Shown: positions 10,280-21,212 of the stretch, piece after piece
Numbering within the stretch: position 1 is the first letter of the stretch
Layout: the number at the start of each line of letters is the position of its first letter
From: Pseudogymnoascus verrucosus
Taxonomy: Eukaryota
Strand: one strand, 5' to 3'
Length of the DNA stretch: 29,416 nt
Assembly: GCA_001662655.1 (NCBI GenBank)
Contig: KV460287.1
Program-made: the position numbers and the translations under genes
Notes under the pieces: model-generated
What the model was told of the DNA's origin: nothing
The model's input: only the letters and a program-made list of their open reading frames with translations
The model's database searches: none

Positions 10280-12101
10280 TTATCCTTCACGATCGCGCTT
10301 TTGATGGAAGGAGTCCGTTTCCGGGTTGTAATCAAACTCCTTGTAGTCGGCACCATAGGGTTTCTAGTCTCGTGTCAGCTGCTTCAACTTTACTGACTTA
10401 TGTTGCACCTACGGGCTCAAGCAGATACACTGTACCCAGTGGAATATCAACGTTCGCAGAAACATAGCTTTGCATCCCTCTACAGTAGGCTAGTAGAACG
10501 CGAATGACAGCCGATCCTCCGATAAATAGGACGTGTCCTGTCACACGCTCCAGCTCGAGGATGATAGATCGAAGCCGTTTTGTCACATCACTATACCCCT
10601 CGCATCGAGTACCAGGATATCCTGTTGAAGTATGGTTCAGCTGTGTGTCAGAGGCCCGTTGCTTGACCTCAGCATCTGAAAGTCCACTAAGTATCCCGGC
10701 GCTCAAGTCGTCAAGCATACGCATATGCTCGATTCGATATCGTGCACTGTCAAAGAATTTTGCGGTCTGAATACTCCGCTGCGTCATGGAGGTCCACAGG
10801 TGAAACCTTTTTGGCGATTTATCTGCGGATAGGCGCAAGGAATCGCCAGCTTCTTCTAGTCTCTTTTGTTGCCGGTTCCATGTGTCCCGTTCCTGGTCAA
10901 TAAACCGGGATAATGCAGCGGCATATTTGACGCCATGTGGACTGAGACCAGGATCGTGGCTGACTTTGCCAGAAAGATTGTCGTTTGATTCGCCGTGCCG
11001 TGTGAGCCAGACTTGACGACCAGCAAGATTGAAGTGTTGGAGATAGCCAACAACCTGTGTCGCCAGAAAACTTTTGATATTGTGTGTGATGAACTTCCTC
11101 CCAACGTCAATCATTTGGCAGTAGGAGACGCCTAGGCGTTCTTCAATATTCCCTACGGGGGTGTATTTCTTTTGGTACATTGCGACACGTCTCCGAAAAT
11201 CTTCTAAGGCTTTGACAGGATCTTGATCTCTGTAATCTGGGTTCGACATCTTGAGTAGCATGTTCGATTGCAGAAGCTAGTAGGTTAAATCAGCTTTGCA
11301 TTATAGACTGAAATTGATCGCTAATATACGTACAGCTTCATCAAAACACTGGCTTTCCAAGAATAATACCTGCAAATTTGACCGTCCCCTCTCTTGTACC
11401 CTCGCAATGATCTTTCTCCTTCGCTCAATTGTGCTGTTGGTCGCATCGAAAATTGCAACAGAACCCCCTTCGTTCAACAGATAATCAAGCGACTCGTCTA
11501 AAGTTTCCATAGCAATTTGTTCCCGAAGTTTGCGAGCCTGAAGGTTGTCAGGGTTAAAGAACCCCGCTGAGTGGGTGCCATGGTCTAACGAGGCTTGGTA
11601 CGCCTCTGTGGACATCAAGCACGGGGCAGCCGATAAATCAAGTTGCCTACCTCCGACTTTTCGGCGCCGATTGCCAACATTAAATATCTTTGTTTCGTGC
11701 TGTAGCCAATTCAGGTATCTACAAACCTTATTGGTCACGTAGCTTTTGCCCCGCGCAGGCAACCCAACCATAACAATTACCAACTTTGCATCCACGGATC
11801 TTTCTATTTCGGTCGGAGACAGGAGGTTCGCATTGTTCTGAATACTTGAGGTAGGTGGGCATGAGGCGGATGGATTTTCAGTTGATCTTTTACGTTTGAG
11901 GTTCCCAGTTGTGATTAATCCACGAACCAGCGGTACGTCTTTTCGTCCATGGTTAGAGTCTCCGCAGATTTCAACACATCCTCGAGGCACGTGAGAATGA
12001 ACGTTGGTTTCTGGGCCGCGAGATGAAATATTTAGCCCCGAGGACATGGCATTGTCGGGCATTTGGTAAGGGTTTATTCCAGAATCCGACAGGGCTGACA
12101 T
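10280..12101 (-). CDS. 6-phosphofructo-2-kinase/fructose-2,6-bisphosphatase family protein (Pfk26-like paralog); 3 exons
   Basis: Exons 12101-11334, 11276-10413, 10363-10280. Kinase P-loop MVGLPARGKS, IFNVGNRRR, FDATNST, FLESQC; phosphatase-domain RHGES; C-terminal EPKPYG. Start codon uncertain (frame is open to 12320). Confidence 0.9.
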
Positions 12102-12583
12102 TGTTTGCGGTTCAATATCTGTCGAAGGGAGAAGATAGATGCGTAGGTTTAGCAAGTTGGCAAGGTTCAAATTAAAAGAATTCTTGAATTGATATATGTT
12201 AACAGTGTCGTTTGAAAATCTTTTGCATACCCGAAGTACGACCTCTGGAGACCTCATCACAAAGTCTAATCTGCTAAAATCGAGATTCTGGGCTTCGCCG
12301 TTTTCTCCTGCGCTTGACAATTCCCGAATCGGAGTTCCTAGCCGCTTCAGCTAGCGCCTATTTGCCTAGAACACCAATGGGAACGCCTAACCTTTCAAAA
12401 TGGACCAATCTATTTCAACACCATTATCGGATTACCCTAAAAGGAAATTCTAAGCGCCGGATTCATACAGAGAACGTCACGTGACATGAGTAGAAACAAC
12501 TGGTATATATGTATTGCAATGTGCACTGAACTTTATATCTGTCAGACACTTTTCAAGCTCATATATACCTGCCTACGTTTAAA

Positions 12584-14934
12584 ATGACTCCTTCACTCGA
12601 GGTCTTAGATATTGACCCGAAACCGACCCTGAACCCGTACAGTGTTAATTCGATCAAGAATGAAGATGGTGACAAAAATGATTTGGTATTAAAGGTATTT
12701 AGATGTCTTATCGCCGATCTTTGCGAGCAATTCAAAGGTGGACATCCTGGGTACGACCCCTATTGTTGTGTTGTGATCTTATTTTCACTAATGTAATGTA
12801 GAGGTGCCATGGGCATGGCAGCAATTGGAGTCGCCCTTTGGAAATACGTGATGCGATTCTCACCTCGCAATCCCTCATACTTCAACAGAGATCGTTTTGT
12901 CCTATCTAATGGTACGCCTCCCGTCTGAATAGTAGTTTTAGTATTTGAATTTCTGACATTCTTCTTTAGGACATACATGCCTCTTTCAGTATACTTTTAT
13001 GCACCTAGTCGGATATGACAATATGACTTTAGATCAATTAAAGTCATATCACTCGAAAAGAGTTGATTCTCTTTGCCCTGGTCATCCCGAGATCGAGCAC
13101 GAAGGTATTGAGGTTACGACTGGTCCCCTTGGTCAAGGTGTCGCAAATGCAGTTGGTCTGGCTATGGCAAGCAAGCACCTTGCAGCTATCTATAATCAAC
13201 CAGGCTTTCCTGTCGTTGACAACATGACTTGGTGCATGATAGGGGACGCTTGCCTCCAGGAAGGTGTTGCTTTAGAAGCAATTTCTCTTGCCGGCCACTG
13301 GAAGCTGAATAACCTTGCTATTATTTACGACAACAATCAGATCACCTGTGACGGCTCCGTTGATCTAGCAAACACTGAGGATGTGAATGGAAAGATGCGA
13401 GCGTCTGGCTGGAATGTGATAGATGTCTTTGATGGCGTGTTCGACGTCAATGGCATACTTGAGGCACTCATTACGTCCCGCGCAAGTGATAAACCAACAT
13501 TCGTCAATGTCCGCACTATTATTGGTGTCGGAAGTGCGGTAGCTAACAACGCAAAAGCTCATGGTGCAGCTTTTGGATCCGAGGCAGTTGCGAATATGAA
13601 AAAGAGCTTTGGCATGGATCCCGAGGCACACTTTGTAATTCCAGACACTGTCTATGAATATTTCCACGAAGTTCGCTCCAGAGGAGCGAGATATGAAGCA
13701 AACTGGAATTCTTTGGTCGCCTCATACGCTAAGAGCCACCCTCAGTTGGCACGAGAGTTTAACCTGCGAGTTCGTGGCAAAATGCTGGACGACTGGTCCA
13801 AATATATTCCATCAAAAGAGAGCTTTCCAACCGGACCCACCCCTTCCAGGAAGTCTGCTGGTATCGTGTGCAATCCTCTAGCACAAAACTTGAAGAACTT
13901 CATGGTTGGGACTGCAGACTTGTCTCCGTCAGTAAATATGATCTGGAAAGATAAAGTAGATTTTCAAAATGTAAGTTTATATCCTTCTATGCTCAGTCAT
14001 GAAAGTCTCTAACAGTTCCTAGCCCGAGCTCAAGACTGCTTGTGGAATTAATGGCGATTACAGTGGTCGCTATATCCACTGGGGAATCCGTGAGCACGCG
14101 ATGGCGTCTATTTCGAATGGCCTTGCTGCCTTCAACAGGGGTACTATACTTCCTATTACCTCAACATTCTTCATCTTCTACATTTACGCCGCCGCAGGAA
14201 TTCGCATGGGTGCCTTGCAAGGATTGCACCAGATTCATATTGCAACACATGATAGTATTGGCACGGGAGAGGATGGTCCAACGCATCAGCCTATTGCTCT
14301 TCCCTCCTTATACCGGTCCATGCCTAACCTTCTATATATTCGCCCCTGTGATACTGAAGAGGTAGCAGGCGCCTTCATAGCTGCTCTCAACGCCACCTCT
14401 ACACCATCAATAATCTCACTCTCTCGTCAGAATCTCCCTCAGTACCCAGCACACACCTCTAGAGACGGCGTCCAACTTGGTGCTTATGTCTTTTCCGAGC
14501 AGACCGGTGCAGAGGTTACCCTCATTGGTGTCGGCGCCGAGATGGTTTTCGCGGTTGAAACGCGCGATATTCTCGCAAAAGAATATGGTATCAAAGCTCG
14601 CATTGTCAGCTTCCCATGTCAACGCTTGTTCGATCAACAATCACGCGAATATCAGCAGGAAGTATTGCAATATCGTGCCGATCGACCAATCGTGGTGATT
14701 GAGGCCTTTGCAATAAACGGCTGGGAGAGGTACGCCGACGCAGGCGTTAGCATGAGCAGCTTCGGCAAGAGTTTGCCTGGTGGCACTGCGTACGAACATT
14801 TTGGATTTGATGGGAAGGTGATTGCACCGAAGGTCAAGGCCCTGGTAGAGAAGGTACGCAAAGAAGGCGTTCGTTGTTTGAGGGGCAATTTCCGGGACTT
14901 GAATGGGATTATGGGTTATGGATTTGAGCATTAG
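12584..14934 (+). CDS. Transketolase of the dihydroxyacetone synthase (formaldehyde transketolase)-like clade; 4 exons
   Basis: Exons 12584-12750, 12802-12911, 12970-13970, 14023-14934. GGHPG, RDRFVLSNGHTCLFQY (DAS-type rather than TKL-type NGHACALLY), TTGPLGQG, ThDP motif GDACLQEG...YDNN, GIREHAM, HDSIGTGEDGPTHQP. Confidence 0.93.
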
Positions 14935-15395
14935 TATTTGTGTTTGATTATTGCTAGATGCAAGTGACCTGCGTCTTAGGTTTTGTATAACGTTACCCAG
15001 TTATCAACGAGAATTTTACCAGTGCTGCGGAAGAAAGTGATGCCGGCTTGGGTTCACTTGTGTCTTTTCGAACATCGTGCTTCGCCTACCCGTGCTTCGA
15101 CTTCCACGTTGTCGATCGCGCCATTACATCTTTGTTAACCATTCCATCTTTCTCATAATCGACCCACTGTACGGCCCCCAGCCATCTCGCTAATTACCTA
15201 CAATCCACCCGTTATAGGGCCCAGCAAGTCTTGTCTGCTTCACTACTTTGAGTCTGATCCCCTGCCTCCTCTGATAAGTAAACCCTTACGCAAGAGAACC
15301 TCTGTGTCTACTATCGTGTAGTAGTCAGCGTTACAGTAAGTGCCTATTCTCGAAATAACACCATGTGTTAATGCTGACCATTTTACTTCCTATAG

Positions 15396-17086
15396 CAAAG
15401 CGAGTAGCAGCCGGCCCGAACCATTGTTGTGAGCGGAAATGAGGCTTTCCCGCAGGCTCTTATCAGGGAGCCGCCAAAGCCCCAAAGCGCCAGTTCTATT
15501 TATCTCTATCTGTGTTGCATCGTGGGGTTTTTCTGCTCCACCATGAACAGTTATGACGGATCTCTTCTAAACTCTCTTCTAGAGAGTAAAGACTTCCTTA
15601 AAGCATATAATGAGCTAGTTCTGGCATCTGGGCTGGAATCGCCACGAATATGTACACCATCGGTGGTGTTTGTGCTCTCCCATTTATCGGCCCTGCTATC
15701 GATACTTGGGGACGCGGAGTCGGCATGCTCATCGGTTCAGCGAGTGTCGTGTTAGGAACAGTGATTATGAGGACGGCTATTAACCGCTCTAGTGTGGGTC
15801 AATTTGAGGGTGGTCGTTTCCTTGTTGGGTGGGGCGTTCCCATTGCTTGTGCTGCTGGGCCCATGTATGTCGTCGACGTCTCCCATCCGGCATATCGTGG
15901 TATTGTCGGTGCCTTTTATAACACCTGGTGGTAGGTTTTCCATTATCATTTCGTGATCAGAGTGGTACAGAGGCTCATATAATTCCACAGGTTCACTGGG
16001 TCAATCTTAGCCAGCGGTGTCACCCGTGCTACGCATTCCCTGCCAGGCCACCAATCATGGATGACTACTCTCTGGTTCCAAATTGCTTTCCCAGGACTGG
16101 TATGCTTGGGGGCTTTATTCCTCCCCGAGTCTCCAAGATGGCTCCATGTCAACGGCAAATCTGAACAAGCACGGGCTATGCTCACTCGATTCCACGGAGA
16201 GGGCAACCCCGATAGCGTGTGGGTAACTTTTCAAATGCAGGAGTATGAGGAGTATCTTGAATTAGACGGCTCCGACAAACGCTGGTGGGATTACCGTGCG
16301 CTATTCAAGAACAAAAATACCTGGAACCGCCTATTCTGTAACTGTGCTATCCAAGCCATGGGCCAAGAAGCTGGCAACTGTGAGTCTGTCTAGAACCTCC
16401 GCAATATATACATACTGACGATAACTCATAACAGCCGTCCTCTCCTATTTCCAAGCCGCTGCGTTCGAAACAGCCGGTATCACAGACGAATTCACGCAAC
16501 ACAACCTTACTCTCGGTAACGCGTGTGCCAACAATTCTTCTTTGCGCTCATCGGCGCCACGCTTGTCGACAAAATCGGCCGCCGGCCATTGCTCATGTTC
16601 TCTAACCTCGCTTGCTGCGTAACCTGGGCCTCTATGTGCATAGCCGCCTTGATCTTCGCCTCGTCAGGACAGACCAATGTCGCCGCCGGGACTGCCACCC
16701 TCGCCTTCCAGTTCATCTTCGGAGCCGCGTACTCCATCGGTTTCACGCCACTACAAGCTCTTTATCCAGTCGAAGTGCTGTCCTTCGAGATGCGCGCTAA
16801 GGGTATGGCGTTCGGCTCGCTCGTTATGAATGTCGTGTCGATTTATAACAACTACGTCTGGCTCGTTGTCCTCAAGCGAATTGCATGGAAGTCTTTCATC
16901 ATTTTCTGCATCTGGTGCTTTTGCCAGGCGGTTATCACCTATTTCTTTATTCCGGAGACGAAGAACCGAACTTTAGAGGAACTCGATATCATCTTTGACT
17001 CGGATAGCCCCGTTAAGACGTCCCTGGAAAAGCGCACAGTTGGTGTTACTGCTCGTGGAGACGTTGTGGAGTACGGCGATGAGTAG
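15396..17086 (+). pseudogene. Lactose permease/cellodextrin transporter-family MFS pseudogene
   Basis: Motifs YDGSL, PESPRWL, GSDKRWWDYRALF, DKIGRR, FTPLQALYPVEVLSFEMRAKG, PETK. Frameshifts near 15612 (1 nt missing) and 16524 (extra TG), in-frame TAG at 15405-15407, no usable upstream ATG. Introns near 15930-15990 and at 16380-16434. Confidence 0.85.
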
Positions 17087-18388
17087 ATTATCCCTGCCAA
17101 GGTTTCTCTGTGTATCACTGGTCCCTAAGGGGGTGTTTATTACTCTATGCGATAACCTCCAAGATTCGGAATCCCGAGGTACATTGCTTGCTCGTTAACT
17201 TAGAGTCTATGTAATATCACACATACATATCTACTGAATTTTAAATATACTATAACTTTAAACATCTCAAGTATAAAAATTTAGTTTTGATACTGGCTTT
17301 CAAGTCGCACTAATTGCTTCAACAATTATTTTTGCCTCTGCTTAGCATCTGATGATACCACAAAATAAAATGCTTATTCTGGGTGGTAGCGCTTGTCATT
17401 AGCTAAGCCTAGTACAGGTAAGCCTAGTACAGCCTCGTAGGAATGTCTGTTGCTACTGCTCAATAAATCTTGTCCTTACATGGGAGAGAATGCCACCCGC
17501 ATTTTGTGACTATTGGACGGACTTCATGTATTTGCCTTATGTATCACGTACAACAAAGTGTGAGTCTACGCAGTGTCACAAGGCCGAATCTAGTAAACTA
17601 ATCCCCAGAGAACTCAAGATTAATCATCGTCGACGTCACACCCGCCAACCCAATGAGTTGGAAAACATTGGCCTGCAGCTCATCATGCATGTTAGATTTT
17701 CATCGAGATATTCCACCATATGCAGGAAGCCGTGCATTGTCACCCCCCCCCCTTCCCCCGCCCCCACCACTAAAATAATACATACTTTCACTTGTTGTCG
17801 CTTGTTTTCGATATCTTGGTCGAAATTGATGGTAAGGAGAGTGCCACGTTATTACATATTAACTTTAATCCTTCAATTGCACTGCCTCCTTGGTTGCATT
17901 AAACTGCATTTGCAGAGCCTCGTTAAGTGTCGGGTCAAGAGACCTTCTCGTAGTCAACTTGTTAATCTGCAGGCTTGAGGCGGGGCTGGCTTTTGTCCCA
18001 TATCGTCGTTGAAATCAAGTCATGATGGATTGCAATAATGGTAGACCAATTAGCAGAATATGATAGTCGGCGTGTTGGGTACTCCTCCCGGTTTTCTTTG
18101 CCTTATTTGTATCGGGTCGTTAGGTTGGGCCGTTCTGCTAGCCTTTCGGGCCACCCCGGTATCTTACACTCAAGGCGACCAAGTACTGTGTGTACTTTGC
18201 TCACCGGAACACTTTGGCATGTTATATAATTCCTTCATTATTAAGAGCAGATGTGCTGCCTATTCCCAAAATGTGAATTAATTCCCAAGAACCTCAATGT
18301 ATCGGATGACTTAGAACCGGCTTGTGGACAATGGTTTTATATAGGATAGGTACTGGTAACCCTACTGGGTAACTGACAGCGAGAACAA

Positions 18389-20702
18389 ATGTCAACCGAA
18401 TTCGAAACACGCAGGGAATTTTCTCATCAGTCTTTGCGACGTTATTGGCCCAAGCGGTTCACAAAACGCCAACCGTTTAATCCCAACAGCGAAAATCAAA
18501 CATACCTCGAATATCTTCAAATCGAACAGTATCTCGGCGAAGGGGTTTCGGACGAGGAGGATGAGGAGGAGGAGGGGAATGAAGTTGAAGCTGAAGAGGA
18601 AGATGGCGCATCGTGTGAGGATGATGGGTCTTCAAATGCGCCGGAGGATGACGTCAACGAGCAGTCTAAAGCCGCCGATGCTAGCAATCAGATAAGCGAT
18701 GTCAGACGCTTTATGAGAGGGATGGAAAGGGATGAGGATTTCCTGGATGATTACGATATGGTTGATGAGGTGGCGAAATTTTGTGAAGGAGGATCTGATG
18801 GGCCCTTTCGAGCACGTGAAAAACATGTGGCAATTCTGGACGAAAGAAACATTGCCGGTACTATCATCGACAAGGGAGGATACTGCAGGACAAACTTAGA
18901 GCCTTTGACCTTGGAACAGTTATTCGACAAGTTGAGCAGAAAGGTAATTCAAATCTCATGCTAGTATAAGAACTCATGATAACTGATTCAAACTGCACAG
19001 CGCCTTCGAGTTGAGTCTGACTCGACTAACGCATTCGATGATGAGGAAATTGACGCGGAGAGGAGAATAGTGTAAGTCCTAGGGCTGATGTGTTCTATCT
19101 TATATAATGTGGCTAATCTGTCTAGTTTCATCTCTGATTTGGACTCATTCACAATTCAGGCCATTATAAAAACGGCATCACGCACCCAAGCCCCGGCTTT
19201 AAGGGATCTTTTTCACAAGTACCTGACGCGTAAAGCATCTATAGGTGTTACTATAGTAAGTACTTTCAGATCAAACGTCCATTCCAGATATCACTATGAC
19301 TTATACTAATTTTCACGTGGTAGTCAAACGGGTTCCCCGTCTTTACTCTCGAGTTACATATGCCATACTATGTATTAGGAAAAAGCAAAACGGCAAGCAG
19401 AGATGCTCGAAGGAAATCTGATGGCAGTCCCTTAAGACAGTCACGGAAATTAGACTTCCTGTCCAGGTCTCTAGATGCATCGAAAGGTTCAAACCCAACA
19501 GATCAGCACTACTGGCTACATGAGGCCCAGATTTCAATTGTTGTAACGGGGGTTAACAATTGGGTGTGGACTGCCTATGGATTTGTCGATACTTATTTTG
19601 GGTCCAAGGGGACAGTGGAAGACTACGATAAATTGAAGGGACGACACTGGGAACGAGAAGACCCTCTTGCGGCTGGGCGGCTGAACGGTGGTGAGCCCAT
19701 ATGGACGCCTAGAGAATACTTCTTGAGAGTGGCTCAAAGCCGCATACGAGAGGTTCTGAAGGAATGGAACCGGATAGTCCGCACGGTTACGGAAGAGGTA
19801 GAAGGGTACGTATTGTGTGTAGACGCTGTCTTGGTGTGGATTTTCACTGTGGATTAGTGGCGACCATGGGCTCTGTTCTCCATTTTCTAATTTCATGCTT
19901 TACTGTGATTTCGGGTGCTGAAGGCTAATTGACTTACTCACAAACAGGTCCAGAGATCTGGTATACAGCTCGTCTAAGATTACAGCTCAAAAGTTAGAGT
20001 TTCTAGAACGGCGGAACAGTCAAATGGCAGCTCTTTCAACGCAACTGATCGGTGGTCTTTCTGAGACCATTCAAGCATGGGAAGGATTCCGGACAACAGA
20101 GGCCAACTATTTTCTTTTTGATGAGGTTTCAACTGCCGAACCATCCCTCGAAGCCTCATTGAACGCTATTGATAAAGAGTTTTCGAAATTAATGCCGGGT
20201 CTACGGAAGTTAGAGCAATTGAAGAAAGAACTGTGCGACCGTAGGGAGGGTGTAAGTCATCTCCAAAACTCTGCATATAGAGGGCTAATAAACGTAACAG
20301 CTCAATGCTTATCTGAGTCTCGATGGACGCGCCGCTGCCAGGCAGCTCCAGGACCTCACTGTTCTCGCCATAGCAAGTTCCCCTGGAAAGTATCGTATTT
20401 GGGCAGCATGTCTAACCATATGTTTTTCCAATTCATAGGTATTCTCTCCTCTACTTATTACCTCGGCCCTGTTCAGCGCCACGGGAGTGCTACCTTCCCC
20501 GGGCCTGGGGAAGTTCATATATGTGTTGGTTGTCGTCACGGGCACAATGGTGGCGATGCTCCTAGTCTTATACCACTGGCGATACTGCTTACAGCGAGGG
20601 GTTGACTATATGCAAAGCGCAGTTAGTTCTTTCAATGAACTACTGAATGGAAACAGGATTTCCAGCGACGCTGAGTCGTGGGACATTGAGAAGGGGCCAT
20701 AG
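18389..20702 (+). CDS. Uncharacterised fungal protein with acidic N-terminal tract, helical region and two C-terminal TM helices (CorA-like topology); 7 exons
   Basis: Exons 18389-18943, 19001-19071, 19126-19255, 19324-19805, 19948-20251, 20301-20372 and 20439-20702 splice into one open frame (last intron GC-AG). Ends LTVLAIVFSPLLITSALFSAT...FIYVLVVVTGTMVAMLLVL. The CorA-like assignment is inference; no GMN motif. Confidence 0.75.
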
Positions 20703-21212
20703 AAGGCGAAAGTAGGGTAAGCTTTCGACAAAGTTGCTTTTGGCTATTTACTACTTGCGAATTGAATGCCCTGGAAATTATCTATATTGGTCATTTTTCT
20801 CTGTTCTGCGCACACATAATGCACTCTCTAAAAAGCCTCGAGGGTTTTGGCATTGATACAGGCAACGTTGGCTGTGCTTTCGGGCTTTGGCAGCTCACCC
20901 AACCACATGAACAGTTCGCTCATCTGCGGAAACTAGGATTATTCGGTGCTCAAACCGCCTCATATCCAACGCAGAATTATTGCTCGGTGTACGAAGCACT
21001 ATATAAATCGGTTATGTGGTTCGCCTTGCATTCATGCCCAACGACCCAACCAGCGTCATCGACAATAATGTGCCAACGCACCGTAAACCATCGCATGACC
21101 GAACCGAGCGACCTAAGCAGCCTCTATATTCTCACGAGTAGAAAACAAACTCCAGCTCAAACACGGCCTTCTTTACCTCAGCCCTTTCAATGTAAACCCA
21201 AGCCTCACCTAG

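Noticed and set aside
12102..12320. N-terminal extension of the PFK-2 ORF in the track
   Set aside because: Begins at TTG and is AT-rich promoter-like sequence; ATG 12101 preferred, though an upstream ATG is not excluded.
17404..17432. Direct repeat TAAGCCTAGTACAG x2
   Set aside because: Only two adjacent copies, consistent with a local slippage duplication; not CRISPR-like and no element between them.
17490..17978. 162-aa ORF containing a C-rich tract (possible G-quadruplex on the minus strand near 17741-17770)
   Set aside because: No protein-like features; the tract is a simple low-complexity run with no supporting evidence of function.
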